Source: an uncultured Eubacterium sp. (GTDB lineage: Bacteria > Bacillota > Clostridia > Peptostreptococcales > Anaerovoracaceae). From it: 64,000 nt of DNA. The stretch spans positions 21,566 to 85,565 of the forward strand of contig CABUXV010000006.1 in assembly GCA_902495595.1 (NCBI GenBank), given 5' to 3'. Numbering within the stretch: position 1 is the first letter of the stretch; every line of letters starts with the position of its first letter. Made by a program: the position numbers and the translations under genes. The notes beneath the pieces were generated by a model. It was not told the origin of the DNA, did not search any database, and was given only the letters and a program-made list of their open reading frames with translations. Positions 21,975 to 32,420 of this stretch are shown in pieces.

Positions 21975-23244
21975 CTATGCGCTCCAGTTCTTCCAAATAT
22001 TTTTTAAACGCCGCCTCGCTGCCGTTTTCCGTAGGTTCATAATACTTTACCCTTTCCCTATAAAGGTTATCGGGAAGATACTGCTGCGTAACATATCCTC
22101 CATATGAATGAGGGTACTTGTAGTCTATTCCCCTGCCAAGCTTTTCTGCCCCGCTGTAATGGGAATCCTTCAAATGATTCGGAACATCATCTATTTTCCT
22201 GCTTCTCAAATCCGATGATGCTTTTTCTATGGCCATTATAGATGAATTGGATTTAGGACAGGATGCAAGAAGTATAACTGCCTGAGCCAAGTTTATCCTG
22301 GCTTCCGGAAATCCTACCATCTGCGCCGCCTGTACACAGGAAGTCACTATCGAAACAGCGCTCGGATAAGCCATTCCTATATCCTCGCTTGCCATTACCA
22401 TAAGGCGTCTTCCTATCATTACTACATCCGCTCCGCCTTCTATGAGTCTTGCCAGATAATGTACAGCTGCGTGAGGATCGCTTCCTCTTATGGATTTCTG
22501 AAGCGCCGAAAGAAGATTGTATTTATCTTCTTCCCTGTCGTAAAAGACCGTCTGTCTCTGCATCGCTTCGCCTATTATTTTTTTATCTATTACGCTGTTT
22601 TCCGAAAGATTATCTACGATAAATCCCAGTGTATCAAGAGCAACTCTACAGTCTCCATTGCTCATTTGAGCCAGCATTATCAAAGCATCTTCTTCATATG
22701 CTATATTAAGACCTCCAAAGCCTTTTTCATCATCTTTCAAAGTTCTCTTCAATATGACAGCAAGCTCTTCAGCCGACAGCCTTTTAAACTCATATATATT
22801 TCTTACTCTGCTCAGCACCGCATTATTTACTGAAAAATAGGGATTCTCTGTCGTACTTCCTATAAACTTTATTATTCCCTCTTCTATAGCTTTCAAAAGG
22901 GTGTCCTGTTGAAATTTATTCCATCTGTGAACCTCATCCACATAAAGACATGTTGTTTCTTTCATCAAACCGTAAAACCGTACAGAGGCATTTTCTAAAA
23001 TTGTCTTCAGTTCCTTTGTTCCTGTTACCGACGCATTTATTTCCACAAAACTGCTGTCTATTTCACCTGCTATTATTCTGGCTAAAGTCGTTTTGCCCGT
23101 TCCCGAAGGACCGAAAAATATTGCAGAATCAAAAGTTTTGTTTTTTATTGAATTGTAAAACAACGAGCCCTCAAACATAAAATGTGTTTGTCCAACAAAT
23201 TCTTCAAGTTTTGCAGGTCTCATTTTAGTAGATAGCGGTATCAT
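21952..23244 (-). CDS. rarA: Replication-associated recombination protein A (AAA ATPase).
   Basis: MRPAKLEEFVGQTHFM...GPSGTGKTTLARIIA. Confidence 0.9.
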   Translation of the reverse strand: MIPLSTKMRPAKLEEFVGQTHFMFEGSLFYNSIKNKTFDSAIFFGPSGTGKTTLARIIAGEIDSSFVEINASVTGTKELKTILENASVRFYGLMKETTCLYVDEVHRWNKFQQDTLLKAIEEGIIKFIGSTTENPYFSVNNAVLSRVRNIYEFKRLSAEELAVILKRTLKDDEKGFGGLNIAYEEDALIMLAQMSNGDCRVALDTLGFIVDNLSENSVIDKKIIGEAMQRQTVFYDREEDKYNLLSALQKSIRGSDPHAAVHYLARLIEGGADVVMIGRRLMVMASEDIGMAYPSAVSIVTSCVQAAQMVGFPEARINLAQAVILLASCPKSNSSIMAIEKASSDLRSRKIDDVPNHLKDSHYSGAEKLGRGIDYKYPHSYGGYVTQQYLPDNLYRERVKYYEPTENGSEAAFKKYLEELERIDERNKKS

Positions 23245-23258
23245 CAGTATTATATCCT

Positions 23259-23765
23259 TTATTCATATATTTCCGTAACAAAAGCTTTGGTTCCCTCAGG
23301 CAGTTTATCAAGAGCTGACCTTGCTTCATCTTTCGTTTTATAAGTTTCACCTACAATTTTATACATACTGTTTTGCTCTTTCACCTGAAGACCTGTTATA
23401 TTCAAGGCTGACATGGCTTTTTCAGCGGCATCTTTACTGGAATAGCTTCCGAACTGCAAAGCATATCCTGTCAGCTTTCCGCTGCTTTCAACCTTTACAT
23501 CATCTTCAACAACCTTGCTCTCCTTGTCCTTAGATGAATCAGAAGAATCTTTTTTCGATTTTTCATCCTGCTTATCAGAAAGCTTTTCCGTTACCTGGGG
23601 AACGTAATTAACTACAGGCTCTACCACATATTTAGCCGTAGCGTATCCGCATCCTACGGAAAGGCACAAAATAATGATTACAGGCATATAATTAGGCTTC
23701 ACCCTTCTTCTGCCGTTTCCTCTTGCATTTCCTCTGAAATTTTTTGCGTATCTTTTGTTTCTCAT
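23259..23765 (-). CDS. SPOR domain-containing membrane protein.
   Basis: N-terminal transmembrane helix; C-terminal SPOR-like GYALQFGSYSSKDAAEKAMSALN... Confidence 0.65.
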   Translation of the reverse strand: MRNKRYAKNFRGNARGNGRRRVKPNYMPVIIILCLSVGCGYATAKYVVEPVVNYVPQVTEKLSDKQDEKSKKDSSDSSKDKESKVVEDDVKVESSGKLTGYALQFGSYSSKDAAEKAMSALNITGLQVKEQNSMYKIVGETYKTKDEARSALDKLPEGTKAFVTEIYE

Positions 23766-23890
23766 GAATATTCCTCTCCTTATAAAGTATCTATTAAATA
23801 CTATTAAAGAAGAGGTGTCTTTATTCCAATAAGCACAAATCCAAAAACTTTATTACAATATTTATATCCTACATCAAAGCACATTATTTT

Positions 23891-25372
23891 TCAATGTTCT
23901 ACATCGAAATCACAATCTTTAAGAGGAATTATTTTCGTCTTATGCTTTATTTTGTACCACAGATATATACCTATAAAAATCGGGATTGTTCCATAGCTTG
24001 TTATCACATCAAACCAGTTGAAATTCTCCGGCAAAAGAAAAGTATAATTTGCACCGAAAATTATTACAATACTCAAAATCGTGGCAACTATGGGACCAAA
24101 AGGGAAAAGTTTAGCTTTATAAGGCAAATCATTTAAATCTCTTCCCTGAATAACATACGCTTTTCGGAACCTGTAATGCGCAATAGCAATTCCGAGCCAT
24201 ATTATAAACGCTGTAATCGCAGATATATTATAAAGTGCAAAATATATTCTTCCCGTTCCCACTATTGATGACAAAAATACGCTTGAAGCTATAAGTGCAG
24301 TAACTATCACAGCATTGGTGGGAACACCCTTTTTATTAGTCTTTGCAAAAATCTTCGGAGCTTTGTTTTCTTTTGCCATCGAATATAACATTCTGCTTGA
24401 ACCGTAAAGGCTTGATGCTCCGCACGAAAGCACCGACGTCAGAATTATTGCATTCATTATTGAAGCGGCTCCTGCTATCCCTGCCCTTTCAAAAATCATA
24501 GTAAAAGGACTCATTGTAACATCATTATCATTTGAACCAAGAAGATTTGGATTAGTAAAAGGTATTAAAAATCCTATTACTATAATGGTACCTAAATAAA
24601 ATATCATTATCCTTGAAAATACATTTTTTACCGCTCTTGGCACTGTCTTTTTGGGGTCTTCTGCTTCCCCTGCAGCAAGAGCTACCATTTCAACTCCGGA
24701 AAAAGAAAATCCTGCTGATAAAAATGCTGCCAGCATCATTCCAAAACCACCGATAAAAGGAGCTTTGTTGCCGTTGCCATCCTCCAGTACCCAGTTGCTT
24801 ATTCCCGGAGACGTTCCGCCAAGAATACCTGCAATCATAAGAACACCGATAATAAGAAAAATTATTACAGTTACTACTTTTATGCCTGCAAACCAATATT
24901 CACTTTCTCCGAATATCTTAGCCGGAGCATAATTAAGAAGAAATAAAAATATAAGAAATCCGGCAGCCCATATTTCAACATTTGTGTCAGGCAGCCAATA
25001 TTGAATTATTATAGTAGCCGCCGATATCTCGACAGCCAGAGTTATTGCCCAGGAAAACCAGTAATTCCAGCCTACGGCAAATCCGAATGCCGGGTCTACA
25101 AATCTCGATGCAAATGTTTCAAAAGAACCTGCCACCGGAAGCAGCGTTGACATTTCTCCCAATGAAGCTATTATAAAATATACAAGTACTCCCATAACTA
25201 TAAATGCAGCAACCGCTCCTCCCGGACCTGCTGAACTGAACGTGCTCCCGCTTGTTAAGAACAAACCCGTTCCAATACTGGCACCTATTGCTATCATCGA
25301 CATATGTCTTGATTTAAGACTTCTGTGAAGTTTATCATTTTCAATTTTTTTAGATTTTTTATTACCCATAAA
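23891..25372 (-). CDS. Amino acid permease (APC/AAT family). The probable start is the ATG at 25370-25372.
   Basis: MGNKKSKK...SRHMSMIAIGASIGTGLF...; 12 transmembrane helices. AGGGG lies upstream of the internal ATG, so the 76-aa N-terminal extension in the ORF track is unlikely. Confidence 0.85.
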   Translation of the reverse strand, partial: FMGNKKSKKIENDKLHRSLKSRHMSMIAIGASIGTGLFLTSGSTFSSAGPGGAVAAFIVMGVLVYFIIASLGEMSTLLPVAGSFETFASRFVDPAFGFAVGWNYWFSWAITLAVEISAATIIIQYWLPDTNVEIWAAGFLIFLFLLNYAPAKIFGESEYWFAGIKVVTVIIFLIIGVLMIAGILGGTSPGISNWVLEDGNGNKAPFIGGFGMMLAAFLSAGFSFSGVEMVALAAGEAEDPKKTVPRAVKNVFSRIMIFYLGTIIVIGFLIPFTNPNLLGSNDNDVTMSPFTMIFERAGIAGAASIMNAIILTSVLSCGASSLYGSSRMLYSMAKENKAPKIFAKTNKKGVPTNAVIVTALIASSVFLSSIVGTGRIYFALYNISAITAFIIWLGIAIAHYRFRKAYVIQGRDLNDLPYKAKLFPFGPIVATILSIVIIFGANYTFLLPENFNWFDVITSYGTIPIFIGIYLWYKIKHKTKIIPLKDCDFDVEH

Positions 25373-25609
25373 ATGCCCCTTTACAATATATGTTTCAGAT
25401 ATATTATCCCCGCAGGAAATTTTTTTATTTGCATAACAAAAAATAAAAAAGTCGTGCAATTCGTAATCAAAAATCCTATTACACATACTCCTCCCATAAA
25501 AAATACCGATTTTTGAAATAATTTCTTTGATATTACGCCAGTCTATATCGGCATAAAAAAAAACCTGCTCCTTAATATAGAACAGGTCTTTGTTAATCAT
25601 AATTTTTTA

Positions 25610-25795
25610 TTATATAAATTCCAGATAAGTATTTATCAGCCGCTGCGCGTAGTCCATATATCCCATAGATGTGGTTAAATGAACAATACGCTCAAAATCC
25701 AATTTGGTCATTTTTTCCTTTCCGGTCAGTAAATCATAATCACGTTTTCCGCATATTAACAAAAAATCCTCTCTCTGTTTTTCTGCTTTTTGCAT
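25610..25795 (-). CDS. Small hypothetical protein (61 aa).
   Basis: ORF track only. Confidence 0.25.
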   Translation of the reverse strand: MQKAEKQREDFLLICGKRDYDLLTGKEKMTKLDFERIVHLTTSMGYMDYAQRLINTYLEFI

Positions 25796-25984
25796 AAATA
25801 CCCCTCCTGCAATTAACTGAAACTTTATATCAATAGAAAATACACCCGCTTAACTGTTTTCATTATAATTTTTTATTAAAAACCCACTTTAAATATACTG
25901 TGTATATGTTTCATTTATACAAGCCATTATATTACACTCTGTGAATGGTTACAATATAAAAAATATGAAATGAGGGGGTAAACC

Positions 25985-26347
25985 GTGGAAATAGATTATA
26001 AAGCAATCGGTCAACGTATAAAAATAGCAAGGATAAAAAAAGGAATAACACAGGAAAATGTTGCAGATATCATAGATATGACCCCTGCACACATAAGTAA
26101 TGTCGAAACCGGAAAAACTAAAGTAAGCCTTCCTGCATTAATCGAAATTGCAAATGCACTTTCAGTATCAGTTGATACTCTATTATGCGATAATGTGATC
26201 AACTCAAAAATTATATTTGATAAAGAAATAAAAGAAATATTCGAAGACTGCAACGAATATGAAACGAGACTGCTTGTTGACCTGTTAAAAGCTTCTAAAA
26301 CAGCAATACGTAAAGACGCAGAAAGAAAAAATCAATTTAAAAGATAA
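25985..26347 (+). CDS. XRE-family helix-turn-helix transcriptional regulator (GTG start).
   Basis: IGQRIKIARIKKGITQENVADIIDMTPAHISNVETGK. Confidence 0.8.
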   Translation: MEIDYKAIGQRIKIARIKKGITQENVADIIDMTPAHISNVETGKTKVSLPALIEIANALSVSVDTLLCDNVINSKIIFDKEIKEIFEDCNEYETRLLVDLLKASKTAIRKDAERKNQFKR

Positions 26348-26400
26348 AAAACCGCAAAGTAAAAATTACAGTCTCATGTAAAGTTTCTCTGCGGTTTTCT
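26346..26400. terminator. Hairpin followed by a T-run between convergent genes.
   Basis: ACCGCAAAG...CTCTGCGGT stem (8 of 9 bp) followed by TTTTCT. Confidence 0.4.
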
Positions 26401-26436
26401 TGATTTTTATTTATATACAAATTTCATCGCAATCAT

Positions 26437-28137
26437 TTATTTACTGAAATATTTCTCTATAAAGTAATCATAATCAACAGTTTCCTCACTACTAGGTCTG
26501 TCTTTTTTATATCCATATGCCATAATACATATCCCTGCGGCAATAAAACACAGTCCTGCCCATTTGAATATTACCAGTATTTGAGGAATGAATTCTCCCA
26601 TCATATCATAATCGGATGACGTCCATCCGCCATAATCTATTTCATACCATCTGAGCCAAAACTGACCTATAAAAGTTACGCTGCCTAATAGGAATATAAA
26701 TATGCCTATTCTGAATATATCTCCAAAAGCCAACTTAGTTGAAGTGTTTACCGGATATCTCCCAGGCTCATCAACACTCAGCCCTCCGTATTTCCTTTTA
26801 AAAACAATATATACCAGCGGTCCCGTGACTGTACCAATAAGACCTGTCATAAGATAATCCGTACCATTTACCAAAAGTGCAACTGCTGAAATCAAAATAG
26901 GACATGACGTAAAAAATATCAGACCTAATTTCCCTCCCGGCATAACATAAAGCCCTCTTTTTTTGCGTTCATCAACAGGTACTGTTTTTCTCAGCTTGAT
27001 AACTGCAATCGACAGTATTATATAAAGATCAAGTATAAAAACAACTTCAATACTTACGAGAGTAGTAAAGTCAGACTGAGATAAAAGCAATGTAACTATT
27101 GCCAAAGATATTATTCCCACATACGGAACTCCCCTTTTCCTGCTTATTCGTACCATAAATCTCGGACACAGATTATCATCTGCCAGCACAAAAAATCCCC
27201 TTGAGCCGGATGCCATATATGTATTAAATATAGCGCACTGAGATACAATTGCAACAAGTAAAAAAATATATCCCCATATATTACCTAAATTTTGAGTAAG
27301 AACAGTAGCATATCCTACTGTTTCGTTGCCAAATCCCCCATCTGTTGCCCAGTCCATCCAGCTTCCCGAAGGCAGAGTGGCAAGGCCTGCTATCGTAGGC
27401 AGTATATAAGTAAGCGCCACGATAGGCATGGCAATCATTAACCCCTTTGGTATCACCTGAGGATTTTTTACTTCACCCGCCATATTTGAAATACATTCAT
27501 ATCCGCAGTACATCCACACACATATACATATTCCGTTTCCTATGCTGTCCAAAAGATTATATCCTTCAGGCATCATCGGCTCAACAGGACTTGTATTCCA
27601 GTTCATAAATCCTACAATCGAAACCAGTGCAAAAGCCAATACTATGAGTACGGAAAGAACAGTGCTTACTTTCCCCACTTCTTTTATTCCAAATAAATTT
27701 ATAACAGTAAAAATTAAAACCATACCTATTCTGAGTACATGCAGCGATATCTCAGACATCGGTATCAGCTGACTTACATATCCGGTAACCAACGTAACAT
27801 AGACACCGTTTGTTATATAAGTCGATACAGTTCCCCACCATCCTGCCTGAAATCCCCAAAATTCTCCGAATGCTTCTTTCACCCATACATATACGCCACC
27901 TTCCGAAGGCATAAGAGAGCCGCATTCTGCCGTCAGATTGCTTATAGGGTATGCCCACACGACAGGAAATACCGTAAGCAATATCAATGTCATTCCCGGA
28001 CCGGATTCAGGAATCATCTCTTCTATTCCAAATGCTCCTGCGCCTACGAGACAATAGAGCATAAATACAATACCCGAAACTTTTATATCATGCTTTTTTA
28101 AACCAGCAACACCATGAACATGTGACTGTTGGCTCAT
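26437..28137 (-). CDS. APC-superfamily amino acid transporter with a C-terminal extension.
   Basis: 566 aa, multi-pass, with GxG and permease-like helices. Confidence 0.75.
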   Translation of the reverse strand: MSQQSHVHGVAGLKKHDIKVSGIVFMLYCLVGAGAFGIEEMIPESGPGMTLILLTVFPVVWAYPISNLTAECGSLMPSEGGVYVWVKEAFGEFWGFQAGWWGTVSTYITNGVYVTLVTGYVSQLIPMSEISLHVLRIGMVLIFTVINLFGIKEVGKVSTVLSVLIVLAFALVSIVGFMNWNTSPVEPMMPEGYNLLDSIGNGICICVWMYCGYECISNMAGEVKNPQVIPKGLMIAMPIVALTYILPTIAGLATLPSGSWMDWATDGGFGNETVGYATVLTQNLGNIWGYIFLLVAIVSQCAIFNTYMASGSRGFFVLADDNLCPRFMVRISRKRGVPYVGIISLAIVTLLLSQSDFTTLVSIEVVFILDLYIILSIAVIKLRKTVPVDERKKRGLYVMPGGKLGLIFFTSCPILISAVALLVNGTDYLMTGLIGTVTGPLVYIVFKRKYGGLSVDEPGRYPVNTSTKLAFGDIFRIGIFIFLLGSVTFIGQFWLRWYEIDYGGWTSSDYDMMGEFIPQILVIFKWAGLCFIAAGICIMAYGYKKDRPSSEETVDYDYFIEKYFSK

Positions 28138-28252
28138 TTCACGCTCCCTCCATTAATTCAAACAGTATATTTTTCGATACAACCATACAAATATATCATA
28201 ATTAGAGCTACTTTCATACTGTTTTTTTATGGAAAAATTTCGGTAAAATAAA

Positions 28253-28837
28253 TCAGTTTGAATTTTTGTTCATATATATTTGACGTTTGAAAATTCCTAT
28301 TTTATTAACCATATCCTTTATGTAATAATTATTGTAATATACATATTTTATCGCTCTGTCCAGATATTCCTCGTTTCCATCGCAAATATCCGTTTTAAGC
28401 TGATTTATAAATTTTACTATATTTTTTCTCAAGTTTACCTTTTCTCTTCTTTCCGGTACATATGTCACTTTTATTTCCCCGGTATCTTTATTGTAAAATA
28501 TCGTATTCGTATTTAATGTTATTTTCGCAGGAGTTATAAAATATTCCACTGATTTGCCCAGTATTATAAGAGTCTTTTCCAAAATATATAGGGCATCTTC
28601 TGTCCTCTCTATCCTATATCTGCTCAGGGGTGCAAATCCGCTGCAATCATAATATACAGTTTCTCCTTTTTCACTTCCCATAAATCCCATAGGCATAAAA
28701 AAACTGCACTGGCCTGACATAAGCATTATTTTTTCAAAATCCCTGACGCTGTTTTCATTCAGCTCAACTTTAAATTCCCTGTTATCCCACATATTAACTC
28801 TCCTTTCCCAAATCATATACCTCCGCATTTGCTGCAC
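28253..28837 (-). CDS. Hypothetical protein, the last gene of the Tad-like operon.
   Basis: 194 aa. GGAGG lies 5 nt upstream of the ATG at 28837. I recognised no motifs. Confidence 0.5.
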   Translation of the reverse strand: MQQMRRYMIWERRVNMWDNREFKVELNENSVRDFEKIMLMSGQCSFFMPMGFMGSEKGETVYYDCSGFAPLSRYRIERTEDALYILEKTLIILGKSVEYFITPAKITLNTNTIFYNKDTGEIKVTYVPERREKVNLRKNIVKFINQLKTDICDGNEEYLDRAIKYVYYNNYYIKDMVNKIGIFKRQIYMNKNSN

Positions 28838-29586
28838 GGAGTATAACCTCTTTTTTCAGCATCACTTTTATCTATAACTATAATATGTTTGTTTACGGAC
28901 CGGCATGTCCCTTTATGATAAGATGTTCCTTTATTTTCAAAGCAATACACTATGGAACCCAGTATAAGCTCTTTAGAATTACAGATACTGCAGGCGCTGT
29001 ATGATTTCTTGATTCTGCTGCTCAGAATCTTTTTTCCAGCAGCGGTCTTTACATATGTGCACATTTCTTTATGATACTTTTCCCCCATATTGGGAAATAC
29101 CCACACAGGATTCTTTTCTGTATTTTTTTCCAATGTATTGCTTCCCAGCGGATTATTCTTTCTTTTCTTTCCTACAAAATTCCTATATTTTATCTGAGAA
29201 TGAAATTCAAAATTCCGTTCAAATCCCAAGGGTAAATTCAGACTCATACCCGCCTCAAGCCTGTACGATGTAAGACTGTCATCAGTTAGATCCAAGTACA
29301 TATTTCTAAAATTTTTTGTATACACGTAATCCAGTTTTTCATTATCCGATGATATCCGTTCTTTTATTTTATTTTCAACACCTCTGTAAGATATTCCGTC
29401 ATAAGCTTTCAGAGAAGCTTTCGTACTCTCATCTATGGCTGCGTAAAAGCATCTCTCCCAGGTTCCTTCCACTTTAATAAAATATCCGAGAGAAAAAACT
29501 GTAAGTATAACTAAAGGCAAAAAAATCGCTGCCTCAAGTGTATAAAATCCTCTAGAATTTCTTTTCATATCCATACACCTTGCCAT
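28813..29586 (-). CDS. TadE-like pseudopilin with C-terminal tandem Cys-rich (HC...CxxC) repeats.
   Basis: N-terminus RGFYTLEAAIFLPLVILTVF is TadE-like. C-terminus has KYHKEMCTYV...YSACSICNS and SYHKGTCRSV...YTPCSKCGG. Confidence 0.5.
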   Translation of the reverse strand: MARCMDMKRNSRGFYTLEAAIFLPLVILTVFSLGYFIKVEGTWERCFYAAIDESTKASLKAYDGISYRGVENKIKERISSDNEKLDYVYTKNFRNMYLDLTDDSLTSYRLEAGMSLNLPLGFERNFEFHSQIKYRNFVGKKRKNNPLGSNTLEKNTEKNPVWVFPNMGEKYHKEMCTYVKTAAGKKILSSRIKKSYSACSICNSKELILGSIVYCFENKGTSYHKGTCRSVNKHIIVIDKSDAEKRGYTPCSKCGGI

Positions 29587-30775
29587 TTATTTCAGCTGAT
29601 ATATCAATGCCTGTACTGCATTCCTGAATCAAAAAATCTTTATTATAATTATTTCTGACATTTATCTGGATTAAATCCAATATACGAGCTACTTTAATGC
29701 CTTTATCCTGAAAAAATAAAAGTACTTGTAAATACTGACGGTAGTCATATCCTTTCTGTGCATCCGGAATTACCGTATTACCTTTTATTCCTTCAACAGC
29801 TCCTTCTAAATCTATTGCCCACGTAGATTTATCTTTTATTACGGGAACTTTATATCCCTCCCACAATAAATCCACATCGTTATCCGATTCAGCATATGCC
29901 CATGTACTTGCCAAAGCTGCCTGAGTAGCCGCAGCAGCCGGACCAGGCGTTAATATTTCCGCAGCTGTTATTACCGCATTGCGTTTATCAGAATCACCGT
30001 ATATATGTGCGAGATTCAAAGGAAAACGCATAGCTTTCAGTGCCATTTCCACTCTTTTTTCATTCTTTTTATCCGATAATTCTCCGCCTAATATATACTC
30101 AGCTTCATTCTTAAAAAAATGATTTTCGCATATAAGCTCATTCTTATTATTAAACATATTCAATACATAAAGATTTAACAAAAATCCCTCACTGCCCTCT
30201 TCAAAAGCCACATCTATATCCTTCGCTTTATCTGCAATTGATTCTGCCGAAGAAGTAAGGCTTGTCTTCGGAACAGCAGATGAGGGAAGCGATGCTATTG
30301 TCGGTCCATGTCTGAGGCTTTTTTCTTCCATGCTATTCATTTCAAATCCGCTTTTTTGAGATGATGACTTTAATATCTCCTGCATTTCAGCAAATTTTAT
30401 ATGCTCTAAAATCTGTTCTGCCGCCAAATCTGTATTAGATAATGAAAATCTTCCGCATGATACCTTGATGCTCTCTATATCCACATCTTCCATATTATCA
30501 ACCGAATAGGAAACATACGATTTTAATTTCCTGCTTAACTCTTTGTCAGTTCCCGTCAAAAGAAATAACCCATACTCTTTCTGTATGTAATAATCGAATT
30601 CGGAAAGCAGAGAATCTCCTGAAAAATTTAATATCCCATCCATTCTGCTCTTTACAGATTCTTCCCTTACAACATATATTAACGCTAAAACAATGGAAAC
30701 CAAAGCTGTCAAAATAACGGCAAGAAATACCGAACTGCTTCCTCTTTTATTATTCATCTGCTTCCCCCTTAACAA
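29552..30775 (-). CDS. TadG-like pilus assembly protein with an N-terminal transmembrane helix.
   Basis: MNNKRGSSSVFLAVILTALVSIVLALIYVV, in Tad operon context. Confidence 0.45.
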   Translation of the reverse strand: MLRGKQMNNKRGSSSVFLAVILTALVSIVLALIYVVREESVKSRMDGILNFSGDSLLSEFDYYIQKEYGLFLLTGTDKELSRKLKSYVSYSVDNMEDVDIESIKVSCGRFSLSNTDLAAEQILEHIKFAEMQEILKSSSQKSGFEMNSMEEKSLRHGPTIASLPSSAVPKTSLTSSAESIADKAKDIDVAFEEGSEGFLLNLYVLNMFNNKNELICENHFFKNEAEYILGGELSDKKNEKRVEMALKAMRFPLNLAHIYGDSDKRNAVITAAEILTPGPAAAATQAALASTWAYAESDNDVDLLWEGYKVPVIKDKSTWAIDLEGAVEGIKGNTVIPDAQKGYDYRQYLQVLLFFQDKGIKVARILDLIQINVRNNYNKDFLIQECSTGIDISAEINGKVYGYEKKF

Positions 30776-31139
30776 TATTGCAATATCTTACATACTGCGT
30801 TGCATCCACAAAACAGCATTTATCCTCAACTACAAATATACCCTTTTTATCAAGAAGTCCCTTGTTTTCCATGATAAGATATTTTTTTCCGTATATTTCA
30901 CCATAGCTTCCCTTTTTTTCTTTATATATTTCACCATCCCAATTTTGCTTATGCTGATAATAAGTTTTTTTAGTTATTTCGCCGGCTTCACTGCGGAGTT
31001 CAATATGCATACGGCTTCTATCAGTCATCTGACTGCAAAAAAACATTATTACGAGCACCGATGTTACAACCGCAAGTATTATAACCGGCAAAACAACAGA
31101 TGCCTCCATTATGTAGCTGCCCCTTTTGCTTATCTTCAT
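30750..31139 (-). CDS. TadE-like pseudopilin.
   Basis: KRGSYIMEASVVLPVIILAVVTSVLVIM. Confidence 0.6.
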   Translation of the reverse strand: MKISKRGSYIMEASVVLPVIILAVVTSVLVIMFFCSQMTDRSRMHIELRSEAGEITKKTYYQHKQNWDGEIYKEKKGSYGEIYGKKYLIMENKGLLDKKGIFVVEDKCCFVDATQYVRYCNIVKGEADE

Positions 31140-31144
31140 AACAG

Positions 31145-31321
31145 TTAATTAAACCCATTTAATCCTTCAAAAGTTTTATTTACAAAATCAGTGATTTCTG
31201 TTTTGAAAATAAGCCCCAATGCTACTGCAAGAGCAACTAAAATAGCGACCTGAACCAATTCCATCCCACGTTTATTGTTTATCCTTTTTCCATTTTTTAA
31301 ATTTCTGCTTTTTATATCCAT
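31145..31321 (-). CDS. flp: Flp-family type IVb pilin (58 aa). It is below the ORF-track length cutoff and so unlisted there.
   Basis: Manual translation gives MDIKSRNLKNGKRINNKRG/MELVQVAILVALAVALGLIFKTEITDFVNKTFEGLNGFN: a basic leader, a G/xE processing site, then a hydrophobic helix. Confidence 0.65.
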   Translation of the reverse strand: MDIKSRNLKNGKRINNKRGMELVQVAILVALAVALGLIFKTEITDFVNKTFEGLNGFN

Positions 31322-31346
31322 ATCCTTTATAATTATCCCTTTCTCA

Positions 31347-32420
31347 TCAAAGCTCCAGCAATGCAGGCATTATTGTAATAACTATCAGCACAATAAGAAA
31401 AATCATAAGAGGCAATGTAAGCTTTGTTTCTGCACTTTTTCCTCTTTCTTCACAATTTTTCTTTCTGCCCGTCCATAAAATTTCACTCTCATCCTGTAAT
31501 TTTTGAGTGAGTTCTACACCCTTGTGCACATTATCGTTTATAATATTTGAAATTCTCATAAGCTCCTTTATTCCGCTTGTTTTCGCAAATATCCTGAATT
31601 CTTTATACATAGATCCGTTTGTATTTATCACTGTCATATATATGTCCCTCATCTTGGTATAAAAAAAATCTTTTTCGCGAGTTTTAAACGACATACTTTC
31701 CTTAACAGATTTTTCAAAAGCGCTGTTCAGCACCATTCCCGCATTAAGCAAAAGTATCAGTCTGTTCACAAATTCCGGAAGCTGTCTTATTACTGATTCA
31801 TACTCCTCTTTTCTTTTTTTCTCTAAAGGCTTAAACCTGCTTTTATATACAAGTATTATTGAAAACAAAGTGAGTGAAATTATAAGTATCGTATTATTTG
31901 AATTTTCCTTTTCCCATGAAAGGGTTTCCCCTGATTCAAGCGATGCCGGAAGTTCAATACTCTTGCTTGCAGTATCTTCATTAAAATTATTTACTATACT
32001 TCTTATTTCCCTGTCAATTCTGTCTTCTTCCGTCATTTCAGGTTCGACTTCTTTATTTTCATTTGCTTTTTCAGAATCCTTTTCATATGGGTCAACATAA
32101 ATAGCTATTTTTTTCTCAAAAACTTTTTTCTCATCATGTATTTTTACCCTTAAATACCCATGTTCTCTATCACCGCCCTCTTCAGGTCTTTCCATATACA
32201 ACCTGTTTCCGGAATCTTTTAGGCTGATACCGTCTCCTCTGCCTGTTACAAATAAATCTGAAATTACAAGTATCATTCCTATCACAGATACAAATATTAT
32301 CTGCTTTTTAGATTTCTCTCTAAGTTCGTCCCTACTCATACAACCATGCCCCCGATATTTCATCAAATCTCTATTTCCGAGAACTTTTCCATTAAATAAA
32401 TTCCCCATATCATCAAACAT
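31347..32420 (-). CDS. tadC: TadC-like (GspF-family) pilus assembly membrane protein.
   Basis: 357 aa with GspF-domain topology; lies immediately after tadB. Confidence 0.65.
   Translation of the reverse strand: MFDDMGNLFNGKVLGNRDLMKYRGHGCMSRDELREKSKKQIIFVSVIGMILVISDLFVTGRGDGISLKDSGNRLYMERPEEGGDREHGYLRVKIHDEKKVFEKKIAIYVDPYEKDSEKANENKEVEPEMTEEDRIDREIRSIVNNFNEDTASKSIELPASLESGETLSWEKENSNNTILIISLTLFSIILVYKSRFKPLEKKRKEEYESVIRQLPEFVNRLILLLNAGMVLNSAFEKSVKESMSFKTREKDFFYTKMRDIYMTVINTNGSMYKEFRIFAKTSGIKELMRISNIINDNVHKGVELTQKLQDESEILWTGRKKNCEERGKSAETKLTLPLMIFLIVLIVITIMPALLEL

Noticed and set aside
30693-31148. Plus-strand 151-aa ORF overlapping the TadE-like and TadG-like genes.
   Set aside because: It lies antisense to coherent pseudopilin genes, and its product looks like a hydrophobic low-complexity artefact of AT-rich sequence.
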